The notes under the pieces were generated by a model, which searched no databases, was not told the origin of the DNA, and saw nothing but the letters and a program-made list of their open reading frames with translations. Source: Candidatus Scatocola faecigallinarum (GTDB lineage Bacteria; Pseudomonadota; Alphaproteobacteria; RF32; CAG-239). From it: a stretch of DNA of 64,000 nt. The stretch lies in NCBI GenBank assembly GCA_018713605.1, contig DVOM01000036.1:14268-78267 (forward strand), given 5' to 3'. Numbering within the stretch: position 1 is the first letter of the stretch; every line of letters begins with the position of its first letter. Positions 16,151 to 25,147 of the stretch are shown piece by piece. A program made the position numbers and the translations under genes.

Positions 16151-16939
16151 TTATTGTATTTCAAGGAGAAAAGATGAGTTTAACGTCATATTGTCTCCGG
16201 CATGATAGCTGCTTATTTTATATTTCTGAAAAATTTCCCTTTCCAGTTCGGCATAAAACAGGCAGGAGAATTTTTCAGCGTCCCGCACAATCAGATATTT
16301 GATTCCGGTGTTGTGCAGTTTATTGACCAGGGATGTCTTTTCATCGATCATGCTGGCGATGAAAACCAGGTCATATCTGCGATAGTCCGCCTGTGCGGCT
16401 TCGGCGTGAATGAAGCCGAAGTCAAGGTTCAGACTGTCGCATAATCGTTTTGAAAGCGTCAACGCTTTCAAATCTTTGTCAATCAGGTCGATTTCGTAAC
16501 CGCCGAGCTGCCGTAACAGAATCGCGGTTATCGGCAGAGGGCCGGAACCGACGAAAGCAATGTGCCTGACATTGGGCAGGTCTTTGATGAAGCCGTATTC
16601 ATTCAGGGTAATCTGTCGATACTGTTCGTAATACCAGAAAGCTTTCAGCCGGTTTATGCTGCCGTTCGGTTCTTTGCAAAATCGGGCAGCCCAGTATTTT
16701 TCCATCTCGCATTCGGCGCATTGGGCAATGCTGCGGATTTTGCCAACCAGCGGCCTGATGCCGGGGCTGTTCAGAATTTTGTCGCAAAATGTCTGCGTAC
16801 AGACGTTTTTTTCTATCAGCGTCATGACCAGACGATTAAGAACGCGGCAGAGCGTTTCGTTGTCCGGCGTCATGTCTTTCTGCCGACGGAGAATCCTATA
16901 GGAATCCTGAATGAAAGAAATTGTTTCCGGCTCAGTCAT
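16151..16939 (-). CDS. Nicotianamine synthase (NAS)-like / CntL-like metallophore synthase
   Basis: 'HIAFVGSGPLPITAILL' matches the NAS SAM-site motif (plant 'VAFVGSGPLP', archaeal MtNAS 'AVFIGGGPLPLTGILL'). Also 'CEMEKYWA', 'FWYYEQY' and 'YDLVFIASM', with a length near the roughly 266 aa I recall for archaeal NAS. The first ATG is at 16939; the listed start at 16951 is a TTG. Confidence 0.8.
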   Translation of the reverse strand: MTEPETISFIQDSYRILRRQKDMTPDNETLCRVLNRLVMTLIEKNVCTQTFCDKILNSPGIRPLVGKIRSIAQCAECEMEKYWAARFCKEPNGSINRLKAFWYYEQYRQITLNEYGFIKDLPNVRHIAFVGSGPLPITAILLRQLGGYEIDLIDKDLKALTLSKRLCDSLNLDFGFIHAEAAQADYRRYDLVFIASMIDEKTSLVNKLHNTGIKYLIVRDAEKFSCLFYAELEREIFQKYKISSYHAGDNMTLNSSFLLEIQ

Positions 16940-16958
16940 GATTTGTTCCAAATTACGG

Positions 16959-16986
16959 TTGACTTATTTGTTGAGAATGATAATCT
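16959..16986 (+). promoter_or_regulatory. Predicted promoter of the fur operon, overlapping the Fur box
   Basis: TTGACT (16959-16964), a 16-nt spacer, TAATCT (16981-16986). Confidence 0.45.
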
Positions 16987-16991
16987 TTCTC
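16973..16991. promoter_or_regulatory. Fur box (16 of 19 matches to GATAATGATAATCATTATC)
   Basis: GAGAATGATAATCTTTCTC read directly, lying between the divergent NAS-like and fur genes. Confidence 0.75.
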
Positions 16992-17002
16992 AAACAGAAG
17001 AT

Positions 17003-17031
17003 TTTATAAAACTTTATTTTTTATGTGTCAA
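17003..17031 (-). promoter_or_regulatory. Predicted promoter of the NAS-like gene; the Fur box sits just downstream of its -10 element
   Basis: On the minus strand: TTGACA (17031-17026), a 17-nt spacer, TATAAA (17008-17003). Confidence 0.5.
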
Positions 17032-17051
17032 CATTTTTTATGAGGAAATTT

Positions 17052-17465
17052 ATGTCGCTTTTTGAGAAAGTATTTAAGGAAAAGGGAATCAATATGACGT
17101 CTTCCCGGCGGGCGCTGTTTCAGGTGCTGGAGAATTCGAAAAACCATCTTACGGTGGACGAGATTCTGAACCGGGCGAGAAAAAAAGACAAGACGCTCGG
17201 CCTGGCAACGGTTTACCGTACTCTGAACATGCTTTGCGAACTCGGCCTGATTGAAAAACACGAGTTTCCGAATTTGGAGCCTGCGTACGAAAAGGTTTCG
17301 GGGGAGGCGCGTCACCACCATCATATTATTGATATGGGAGACGGTGCGGTTACCGAATTTGCGGCTGACGAGCTGGACGCCATTTTGGAGAAAATTGCGG
17401 CGGCGCACGGTTATAAGATGCTTGGGCATAAGATTGAAATATACGGAGAAAAAACTGAAAAATGA
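17052..17465 (+). CDS. fur: Fur-family metalloregulator (Fur, Zur or similar)
   Basis: 'TSSRRALFQVLENSKNHLTVDEILNRARKKDKTLGLATVYRTLNMLCELGLIEKHEF' is a Fur-type wHTH, and the His-rich 'ARHHHHIIDMG' looks like a metal site. The ATG at 17052 follows a GAGGA RBS. Confidence 0.85.
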   Translation: MSLFEKVFKEKGINMTSSRRALFQVLENSKNHLTVDEILNRARKKDKTLGLATVYRTLNMLCELGLIEKHEFPNLEPAYEKVSGEARHHHHIIDMGDGAVTEFAADELDAILEKIAAAHGYKMLGHKIEIYGEKTEK

Positions 17466-18781
17466 CTGATGCGGTCGAAATTGTCAGCGATTTGGTCAAA
17501 ATTCCTTCGGTTTCGCCGTTCGGACGAAACGAAACAGAACGTCGCGAGCGCTTTGAGCGTTGTCGCGAAGTCCTTGCATATCTGGAAGAGTTTTTGCAGA
17601 AACAGGGTGCGCAGACCGAGCAGCTGGTTTTTGAAGGCGGGCATGACAAATGGTGGTATCCGGTGCCGAATCTGTATGCGGAACTGACTATCGGCGACAG
17701 GAAGGCCGCCGGTCACAAATTTTTATGTTATATGGGGCATATCGACGTTGTTCCGGTTGGCGAAGAAAAGCTCTGGCGTCGGCCGCCTTTTTCCGGACAG
17801 GTTGACGAAGGTTTCGTCTGGGGGCGGGGCGCAACGGACATGAAAGGCAGCGTCGGCGCCTGGATGAGCGCTCTGGAAAAGCTGAAAGCCGGCAAAGGCG
17901 ACGGCGTAAACCTGACGATCGGCACGCTGATTACCGGCGACGAGGAATGGGCTGCGGTTAACGGCAGTGACAAGGTGTTGGCCTGGATGAAAGCCAACGG
18001 CAAAAATCCCGATGCTTTTATCGTCGGAGAACCGTCGTCGCGGGATTATCTCGGAACGCATGTCAAAACCGGCCGCCGCGGTTCGCTGGTCGGATATCTG
18101 GAGGCAAAGGGAACACAGGGACACCGGGCTTATGAGGAGCTGTTTGAAAATCCGAACCGGGCGCTGGCTTACGCCATGGTTATTCTTAATGCCAAAAGAT
18201 GGAAAGACGGCAGCCGGCATTTTCCGAATACGACTTTCGAAACGGTGGCCCTGCGGTCTGGCGATTTTGCCGCCAGCGCGGTTATTCCGGAAACAGCCGG
18301 GGCAATGTGGAACGTGCGGTTTACGAGCCGGCAGAGCAAAGAAAAGGTGCTGGCCGATTTGCAGGAGATATTGTTGAATCCGCCGCGTTTCCTGCGCAGG
18401 CATCCTGATTATGCCAAGGCACGGGAAGTGATCGTGCGGGCAAATATGGAAACGGCGTCGGAACCTTATTATTCGGAACCGGGATCGTTGGCGCAGAGTG
18501 CGCTTGAAGCTATTCGCGCATCGCTGCGAATCGAGGCACAGACCGACGGTTCGGGCGGAACGACCGACGGCCGTTTTATCGGCAGATATTTTCCTCGGGC
18601 GCAGATTATTGAACTCGGAACGCCCGAGAAAGGCGGCATCGTTGACGGCAAGCCGCGCAGCGATTACGGCAGAAGAGGCGGCATGCATCAGATTGATGAA
18701 CGGGCGGCACAGCAGGATTTGCGGAAAGTAAGCGAAATTTATGCCTTAACCCTGAAAAATTTTGCCATGAAGGAGTATTGA
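17462..18781 (+). CDS. M20-family metallopeptidase (DapE/ArgE-like desuccinylase/deacetylase)
   Basis: 'LVKIPSVSP', 'YMGHIDVVPVG', 'GRGATDMKG' and 'ITGDEEW' are M20 metal-ligand blocks. The start overlaps the fur stop (ATGA). Confidence 0.8.
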   Translation: MTDAVEIVSDLVKIPSVSPFGRNETERRERFERCREVLAYLEEFLQKQGAQTEQLVFEGGHDKWWYPVPNLYAELTIGDRKAAGHKFLCYMGHIDVVPVGEEKLWRRPPFSGQVDEGFVWGRGATDMKGSVGAWMSALEKLKAGKGDGVNLTIGTLITGDEEWAAVNGSDKVLAWMKANGKNPDAFIVGEPSSRDYLGTHVKTGRRGSLVGYLEAKGTQGHRAYEELFENPNRALAYAMVILNAKRWKDGSRHFPNTTFETVALRSGDFAASAVIPETAGAMWNVRFTSRQSKEKVLADLQEILLNPPRFLRRHPDYAKAREVIVRANMETASEPYYSEPGSLAQSALEAIRASLRIEAQTDGSGGTTDGRFIGRYFPRAQIIELGTPEKGGIVDGKPRSDYGRRGGMHQIDERAAQQDLRKVSEIYALTLKNFAMKEY

Positions 18782-18783
18782 CG

Positions 18784-19272
18784 ATGGTTGAAGTCAAAGT
18801 TTTACGCGAAGAAAATCTGGCCGCGGCGGAACAGCTTTATGTGGCTTCGGTTCGGGACAATCCGCAGGGGTTTATCCAGCAGCTGCATCTTTTTCCGAAC
18901 ATCAAGACATTTATCCGACAGGCTGAACGCGACGGCGGTATATTTGCCGGCGTTTTTGAAAACGGGCAAATCGTCGGAATGGGCGGTATCGTCAGGAAGA
19001 GCGACAGAGAGGCCGAAGTCTGTAAAATTCATGTCCGCAAAGAGTTTAAGGGGCGCGGGTATGGCGAAAAGCTGTTAAATTATCTGGAACGCATGGCGCG
19101 TCGGAAAGGCTTTGAAAAACTGCGTCTGCATGTTACGACGAGCCAGCGTCCGGCGATTAATCTGTATCGGAAGCAGGCATTTTTGCCGACCGGAAACGAG
19201 GTTTATATTACGGAGATTGAGGGCAAGGCATATGAATATGATACCTTGTATATGGAAAAATTAATTGTTTGA
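18784..19272 (+). CDS. GNAT-family N-acetyltransferase
   Basis: 'KIHVRKEFKGRGYGEKLLNYLERMARRKGFEKLRLHV' is the acetyl-CoA-binding motif A (R/Q-x-x-G-x-G/A). Confidence 0.85.
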   Translation: MVEVKVLREENLAAAEQLYVASVRDNPQGFIQQLHLFPNIKTFIRQAERDGGIFAGVFENGQIVGMGGIVRKSDREAEVCKIHVRKEFKGRGYGEKLLNYLERMARRKGFEKLRLHVTTSQRPAINLYRKQAFLPTGNEVYITEIEGKAYEYDTLYMEKLIV

Positions 19273-19320
19273 CATCGCTTCCCGCTTATTGCAAAAAGAA
19301 AAAAACAAAGGGGGAAAAAG

Positions 19321-19683
19321 ATGGGTTTTGAATTTGCGCATTTTAATTTTAATGTTACGAGTCTGGAAAACAGCAAAAAGTTTTATGAAGAGGCACTGGG
19401 ACTGAAGGAGATTCACCGAATGACGGGAAACGGGTTTACACTGGTTTATCTCGGCGACGGCAGAACGCCCTTTGAGTTGGAACTGACCGAACTGCAGAAT
19501 CATCCGCAGAAATATGATTTGGGCGAGGGCGAATTTCATCTGGCTGTTTATCCCGACGATTATGACGCGGCTTTTCGCAAACATTCGGAAATGGGGTGCA
19601 TTTGTTTTGAAAACCGGGAGATGGGCGTTTATTTCATTGAAGATCCCGACGGTTACTGGATTGAGATTCTGCCGAAGAAGTGA
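19321..19683 (+). CDS. VOC-family protein (glyoxalase I-like)
   Basis: 'FAHFNFNVTSLENSKKFYEEALGL', 'ELELTE' and 'FHLAV...EDPDGYWIEIL' fit the glyoxalase/bleomycin-resistance fold. Confidence 0.8.
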   Translation: MGFEFAHFNFNVTSLENSKKFYEEALGLKEIHRMTGNGFTLVYLGDGRTPFELELTELQNHPQKYDLGEGEFHLAVYPDDYDAAFRKHSEMGCICFENREMGVYFIEDPDGYWIEILPKK

Positions 19684-19714
19684 TGACTGATCCGGGACGG
19701 AGAACCTGAACCGT

Positions 19715-21073
19715 TCAAAGCAGATTCAGACTCTGGTTGGTACGGGCGATGTCAGTGGTAAGTTTTTTGATTCGTTCGGAAAGCTGAGCGTTTTCAAAAA
19801 TGTACAGGGCGTCGTGAAAATGTTCAAGCGCTTCTTCAAGAGCGGCGCGGTCGGCCTTGTTTCTGCCAATGCGATAGTAGATGTCGCCGATGTTTTCCGA
19901 ACATTCGGCCCAGAGCAGAGGATCGCGGCGTTCGGTAATGACTTTTTGGCGGTTCTTGTAGCTGGCGATAGCCAGTTCGGAGATGTCCTCGCTTTTGGTA
20001 AACGAACCCAGCAGCGAGAGCAGATAGCCGAGCTGTCCCTGAATTTCGGCCCAAAATTCGGGAAACAACGCATAGGTATAGATTTTTTCGGCTTCGCGGA
20101 GTTGGAAGACGGCATCGCGGAGTGCCTGAATGTCTTCCTTTTGCCGCCAGTAGTTAAAGAACAGTTTGGACAGTTTGTAGGATATGTAGCCGTAATCGTA
20201 CGGATAGGTATATTTGCTCAGGTATTTTTGAGCCAGGCGGTAATATTCGATGGCGCCTTTGAAATAAGCGGCCGGATTTTTATCCATATAACGGGTGGCG
20301 CAGTCGTAGAGCTGGCCGAGATGGTTGTAAATACAGCCCAGATGAATCGGCGAGGTAATCAGGTCCTGATGTTTAATGGCCGTGTCAAAAAGGCTTTTGA
20401 CAATTTTGAAGTCGCGGCCGTCCGATTTGTCGAAAGCGTAACTGAGGTAAATAATACCCAGAAAGTTCATAATATAAGGCATATATTCAATGGACAGCGT
20501 TTTGGCCGAGTTGTCTTTGGACAGGCGGTCGATGATTTTTTTGAGCAGGTAGCGTTTGTAGACCTTGGTCTGAGCCCCCGCGGCGTTCAGGGAACTGAGC
20601 AGTCCGCCGTAGATGAGGTTTATTACAGCGTCAGGATAGTTTTCGCTTTCGGGACGAGCCGGAATGTAAAGGCTGTCCATCAGCGAAACAAAGGCCAGCT
20701 CCTCGTCTTCGTACTGACTGGGCACCTGAAAGTTCAGGCGGATGCGGCTGCCTTCTCTGCAGCCCCAGAGCAGGACGTCGGCGCCTGTCTTGTCCAGAAT
20801 CGTCTGGCCTTTGTCTATAAGGTCAAACAGGGTGCGGCTTTCCAGATTGAGAAAACTTTTGTTGAAAGGCTCATCGAAATAGCCGACCTCTATCCCTTCG
20901 CGCGTCGCCAACTGTCTGGCGATGATTTCGCCGCTGCTGCCTTCAACGTTGTCGCTGAACTCAATGACCTTGACCCGGAAGCGGGGCATGACAGCCGAAG
21001 CGGGGCAGACCGTTTCGGCCGAACGGCTGGCCGTATTTTGAAACAGTTTTTTTATTGCGCCGAAAAGTGCCAT
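19715..21073 (-). CDS. Hypothetical protein with a TPR-like helical-repeat C-terminal half
   Basis: A 452-aa ORF with protein-like composition. Repeated Tyr/Leu-rich helical segments (AIEYYRLAQKYL, LEEALEHFHDALYIFE). The overlapping + strand ORF is judged spurious. Confidence 0.55.
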   Translation of the reverse strand: MALFGAIKKLFQNTASRSAETVCPASAVMPRFRVKVIEFSDNVEGSSGEIIARQLATREGIEVGYFDEPFNKSFLNLESRTLFDLIDKGQTILDKTGADVLLWGCREGSRIRLNFQVPSQYEDEELAFVSLMDSLYIPARPESENYPDAVINLIYGGLLSSLNAAGAQTKVYKRYLLKKIIDRLSKDNSAKTLSIEYMPYIMNFLGIIYLSYAFDKSDGRDFKIVKSLFDTAIKHQDLITSPIHLGCIYNHLGQLYDCATRYMDKNPAAYFKGAIEYYRLAQKYLSKYTYPYDYGYISYKLSKLFFNYWRQKEDIQALRDAVFQLREAEKIYTYALFPEFWAEIQGQLGYLLSLLGSFTKSEDISELAIASYKNRQKVITERRDPLLWAECSENIGDIYYRIGRNKADRAALEEALEHFHDALYIFENAQLSERIKKLTTDIARTNQSLNLL

Positions 21074-21089
21074 CGTTTCGAGACCGTTC

Positions 21090-22154
21090 CTATCTGATTA
21101 TCTTCTTTATGTCTTCGACATTGTCTTTGATGTCGCGAATGACTTCGCGATTGATGTCTTTCAGGCTTTGCTGCGGTTCCTGCCAGTTGTTGAGTTTGCT
21201 CATAAACCAGAGGGCAACGAGCGCGGCGGCCAGCGGCAAAGAATAGTTATTGGGCGCATAAACCTGAAAGCTGCCCAGAACCAGCAGGACGGTCAGCAGT
21301 TTGGCGACGTTTTGGCCGATTTCGGCCGGGGACAGGCCTGAGGCGTTGAGACGGTAATACAGCGTATTGGAAACCAGGCTGCCGTCATTGGCAATCAGTT
21401 TGCGGCCGACGGCCCAGCAGATCTCAAGAATATAATACATGGCGTAAATCAGAGCGCTGCTGCCCGTGCCTTCGCGAGCCGTCAGAATCGTCAGCCAGCC
21501 GAGCAGGAATCCCAGCGAAACGCAGGCACCGTCTTTGAGCAGAAGTTTGGCCGGGTACCAGTTGTAAACGAGCAATGCGGTCAGGGCACCAAGCAGTGCT
21601 GCGGCAAAATTGCCGTATAAGAGCGGCAGGCCGCCGAGTACGGAAAGGATAAGCAGCCCGCAGACGAAACCGGAAGCCTGCAGGGAGGCGATGCCGTCAA
21701 TGCCGTTCATATAACGAAAACACCAGGCAAACAGCGTCCAGAGCAGGACGATGCAGAACCGATCTCCCCAGAAAGGCAGATGATTCTGAAACAGCATGAA
21801 ATCGGCCGGCAGAAACGCAGTGCAGAGCAGTACGGCGCCTGCCAGTGCCGGCAGTGCAAAACGGCCGGTTTTTTTGAACAGGGAAACGGCATAAACCGCC
21901 GCTGCCGAAACAAAAGCGAGCAACAGGTCAACCCAGGTCAACGGAAAAATCTGATCATATGTTCGGTTGGCAAAGGCAAAAAGAAGGACAAAAGCGGCAA
22001 AGGAAACCAGCAATACCGGCAGGAAAGCGTCGCAGCGCCAGCTGCTGCCGGGAACAGGAGATGACAATTCCGAAGCGGCCAGCCGCAGGCCGACAAGCGC
22101 GGCCAAGAAACAAACCAGAAAAGCGGCAAGAGTGATGATGTATGCAAATTCCAT
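21090..22154 (-). CDS. Glycosyltransferase family 4 (MraY/WecA-type polyprenyl-phosphate sugar-1-phosphate transferase)
   Basis: A multi-TM protein with 'YMNGIDGIASL', which corresponds to the NxxDGxDGLA motif of the MraY/WecA family. Confidence 0.7.
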   Translation of the reverse strand: MEFAYIITLAAFLVCFLAALVGLRLAASELSSPVPGSSWRCDAFLPVLLVSFAAFVLLFAFANRTYDQIFPLTWVDLLLAFVSAAAVYAVSLFKKTGRFALPALAGAVLLCTAFLPADFMLFQNHLPFWGDRFCIVLLWTLFAWCFRYMNGIDGIASLQASGFVCGLLILSVLGGLPLLYGNFAAALLGALTALLVYNWYPAKLLLKDGACVSLGFLLGWLTILTAREGTGSSALIYAMYYILEICWAVGRKLIANDGSLVSNTLYYRLNASGLSPAEIGQNVAKLLTVLLVLGSFQVYAPNNYSLPLAAALVALWFMSKLNNWQEPQQSLKDINREVIRDIKDNVEDIKKIIR

Positions 22155-22234
22155 GGGCCAGAGCCTTTTGATTATTGAGTCAACTTACTTTTTTATAATC
22201 CGTTTCTTCTTTTTCTTCAACCTGCAAAGCACTT

Positions 22235-23227
22235 TTATACTAAGATTAAGTTGTATATCTGCTTGAGGATTTTGTTGAGGCTGCTGTCCATAAAGCGGAT
22301 TTTGGCGCTGCGTGCGGCGTTCATCAGCACCGAGCTGATGAGGTTGGCCTCGCCGTAGCCGCCGCCGTTGATTTCGTCCTGAAGCGGAAAGCGATAGTTC
22401 ATCGGCGCAGCGTAAAGCTTTTTGACCAGCGGCTCGCAATCCAGTTCCAGTCCTTCGCCGGCGGCAATCGCCGCCGTTTCGGCAATCAGCCGGGGAATTT
22501 GGTCTCGAAGCTGCTTGTCCTTGGTAATGTCAAACAGATTTTTGTTGTTGAGGGCGGACAAAAGCGAACCGACCGCGTAAGGTGCGAAGAATTCCCAGTA
22601 ACAGCGTACGGTGTCGGTTTCGTATCCGATATTCAGGCCGGTGTAGGCAAAAATGTCCGGAAAAGGGTTTTCCTTCTCCCAGTTGACGTTTTTGCAGATT
22701 TTTACCTGCGGCGTGCGGCCGTAAAGAAAAACCTGCTGTCCGTTCTGTTGCAGATAGCCGTCGAAAAAGGCCCGGAAAAGATTGCCGCCGACCATGGCTT
22801 CGATGTAGTTGACGTCTTTGAGCGGCGTAAAGCACAGAACCGGCGCCGCGCCGATTTTGTCTTTGGCCACGGCGGCCAGCGAGGCGTTGACATGGCCTGC
22901 GTCGGCGGCGATGATAACCAGTTTCGGTTCTTCCTTTATCCAGAAAGAAGTGTTGAACTTGTAGCGGCTGAGTTTGAGGCTGCTGTCTTCCTTGAGGCTG
23001 ATGCCGTTGGTGGAAAAGCTGAGGTTGTTTTCTTTGCCGGCGATGACGATGACATCATGTCCGGCATCGGTCAGCTTGGCGGCCAGATAGCAGGTAAGGG
23101 CATTGTCGCCGATGACATAGACCGGGCGCGTGTCGGAGGGCGGGTTTCTGACTTCGTCTTCGGCCGTTTCGGCTTCAGGGTCGAGCGCGGCGGGTTTGAT
23201 GTTGAAGATATCTTTGCGGAAAAACAT
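22235..23227 (-). CDS. Putative NAD(P)-binding ketopantoate-reductase (ApbA/PanE)-like protein
   Basis: Rossmann-like 'VYVIGDNALTCYLAAKLTDAGHDVIVIAG' followed by a helical C-terminal domain. The assignment is tentative. Confidence 0.4.
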   Translation of the reverse strand: MFFRKDIFNIKPAALDPEAETAEDEVRNPPSDTRPVYVIGDNALTCYLAAKLTDAGHDVIVIAGKENNLSFSTNGISLKEDSSLKLSRYKFNTSFWIKEEPKLVIIAADAGHVNASLAAVAKDKIGAAPVLCFTPLKDVNYIEAMVGGNLFRAFFDGYLQQNGQQVFLYGRTPQVKICKNVNWEKENPFPDIFAYTGLNIGYETDTVRCYWEFFAPYAVGSLLSALNNKNLFDITKDKQLRDQIPRLIAETAAIAAGEGLELDCEPLVKKLYAAPMNYRFPLQDEINGGGYGEANLISSVLMNAARSAKIRFMDSSLNKILKQIYNLILV

Positions 23228-24523
23228 TCAGGCAACCTTTTGCAGTTTGGCAATGAAAAAAGAATCGAGGCCTCCGCAGTCCGCGAGATGGAACGGCAGT
23301 GTACGGATGCAGCCTTCGGGGGTGAATATTTCGGAAATGTCGGGACCGGGGCAGCGGCATATATCTTTGGCGGCGAGCGGACAAAGCCGGAAGCCGGCAT
23401 GCGTTTCCAAAAATGTTTTCAGCTGTTCTTCGCCTTCGGCTTTGGCGATTGAGCAAACGCAGTAAACGAGAAAGCCTCCCGGCTTGAGGGCGGGCGGAAC
23501 GGCGTCGAGCAGCTTTCTCTGCAGGACGGTTTGTTTCTCGACATCGGCGACGGTTTTTATATGTACGAGTTCCGGGTGCCGACGGAGTGTTCCGGTCGCA
23601 GAGCAGGGCGCATCAAGAAGGATGGCGTCGAACTGTCCGCTTTTGCAATTCTGCAAATAGTCCGCGCCGTCGGCGCAGGCGGTCTGCGGCGGCGAGAACT
23701 GCAGGCGCGCCATATTATCGCGCAGTTTTTTCAGTCGGGTTTCGGAAATGTCCAGAGAAATGACTTCGGCGCCGCCGTTGATGAGCTGGGCGGTTTTGCC
23801 GCCGGGAGCGGCGCACATGTCAAGAACTTTCAGGCCGCGGATATCGCCGAGGCATTTGACAGGCAGAGCTGCCGCGGCATCCTGAACCCACCAGGCGCCG
23901 CTTTCGTAGCCTTCGATTTCGGTAATGCGGCCGTTGTTGTTCAGACGGACGGAACCAGTCGGTAGCAACAGGCCGCCGAGCCTCTGCGCCCAGCCGGCAG
24001 GGTCGGCCTTGACGGTAAGGTCGAGCGCCGGTTCGATTAATGCGGCCGCCTGCATTTTGGAAACGGTTTTTTTGCCGTAGGCATGATTGAGAATCCGGTA
24101 AAACTCCGAAGTGAAAAACTCTCCCGTATCACGGCTTTTCAATTCCTCACGATCGGCGCAGGCTTTGCGGAGGACGGCGTTGACGAATCCGGCGACATAT
24201 TTGTCGGCTTTTCTTTTGACGATTTCGACCCAGCTGTTGATGACGGCATAGTTCGGCGTTTCCATAAAGAGAATCTCAGTCAGGCCGAGCAGCAGGGCAA
24301 ATTCGGCAAAGGCGGCTTTTTCGGGAAGTTTTTTTCTGGCGTATTGTCTGAGTGCCTTCTTCAGAAAAACCAGCCGGCGCAGTGCCGTCAGCACCAGCAT
24401 GTTGGCAAAAGCAGCGTCTTTGCCGGCGAGCGAATCGACAGAGCCTTTAACCTCGCTGAAAAAGGCTTTTTCGGTCAGGACTTTTTGAAGCATTTCGGCG
24501 GCGGTTTGGCGGGGATCTGGCAT
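23228..24523 (-). CDS. rsmB: 16S rRNA (cytosine967-C5)-methyltransferase RsmB/Sun
   Basis: NusB-like N-terminus, 'VLDMCAAPGGKT', 'ILLDAPCSATGTLRRHPE' and 'LVYCVCS'. Confidence 0.9.
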   Translation of the reverse strand: MPDPRQTAAEMLQKVLTEKAFFSEVKGSVDSLAGKDAAFANMLVLTALRRLVFLKKALRQYARKKLPEKAAFAEFALLLGLTEILFMETPNYAVINSWVEIVKRKADKYVAGFVNAVLRKACADREELKSRDTGEFFTSEFYRILNHAYGKKTVSKMQAAALIEPALDLTVKADPAGWAQRLGGLLLPTGSVRLNNNGRITEIEGYESGAWWVQDAAAALPVKCLGDIRGLKVLDMCAAPGGKTAQLINGGAEVISLDISETRLKKLRDNMARLQFSPPQTACADGADYLQNCKSGQFDAILLDAPCSATGTLRRHPELVHIKTVADVEKQTVLQRKLLDAVPPALKPGGFLVYCVCSIAKAEGEEQLKTFLETHAGFRLCPLAAKDICRCPGPDISEIFTPEGCIRTLPFHLADCGGLDSFFIAKLQKVA

Positions 24524-24673
24524 CTTTCGTTCCTTGTTGAGGGTAATTTTTGCCTATCTTATGCAAAAGACACGTTAATTACAAGTGAGAAAATGGCGCA
24601 AGTGACTTGTCTTTTGGTGAAAAGTATTATACTTTTGGTGCAATGTGTAATTTGAATGAATGAGGTTTATCCG

Positions 24674-25141
24674 ATGAAAAAGCAACTAAGCACGGTTCTG
24701 ATTGCAATACTGATGGTTTCCGGCTGTTCCTGGCTGCCGTCGATGTCATCCCTTAACCCGTTTGCCGAGGGTGCGTCCGAAGCGGAAAGCAAAGCGCCGG
24801 CAGAAGAAAGCATAGGGGTTAATCCGTATCTGTGGCAGGCGGCGCTTACCAAGCTTTCCTTTATGCCCCTTGCTTCGGCGGATTCCGCAGGCGGCGTCAT
24901 CATTACCGACTGGGCGGCGATGGACAACATTCAGAACGAGCAGTTCAAAATTACCGTCAACATTTTGTCACGCAATCTGCGTGCCGACTGCCTGAAAGTG
25001 GCAGTCTTCAAAAGAGTTCTGCGCGACGGCAAGTGGGTTAACGATACAGCGGACAGAAGACTGGCCGGCGAAATCGAGAACGCCATCCTGACCCAGGCCA
25101 GAAAACTGTACAGAAGAGACTTAGCGGCTAGAGAGGAATAA
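24674..25141 (+). CDS. DUF3576-like lipoprotein
   Basis: Lipobox 'LMVSGCSW'. A position immediately upstream of leuS is, as I recall, typical for DUF3576 in Alphaproteobacteria. Confidence 0.6.
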   Translation: MKKQLSTVLIAILMVSGCSWLPSMSSLNPFAEGASEAESKAPAEESIGVNPYLWQAALTKLSFMPLASADSAGGVIITDWAAMDNIQNEQFKITVNILSRNLRADCLKVAVFKRVLRDGKWVNDTADRRLAGEIENAILTQARKLYRRDLAAREE

Positions 25142-25147
25142 GCGAAA

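Noticed and set aside
19814-21097. A 427-aa + strand ORF overlapping the 452-aa minus-strand gene.
   Set aside because: Its composition (runs of V/F/G/A/R, no recognisable motifs) looks like an antisense shadow. The minus-strand product has a normal residue mix and helical-repeat character.
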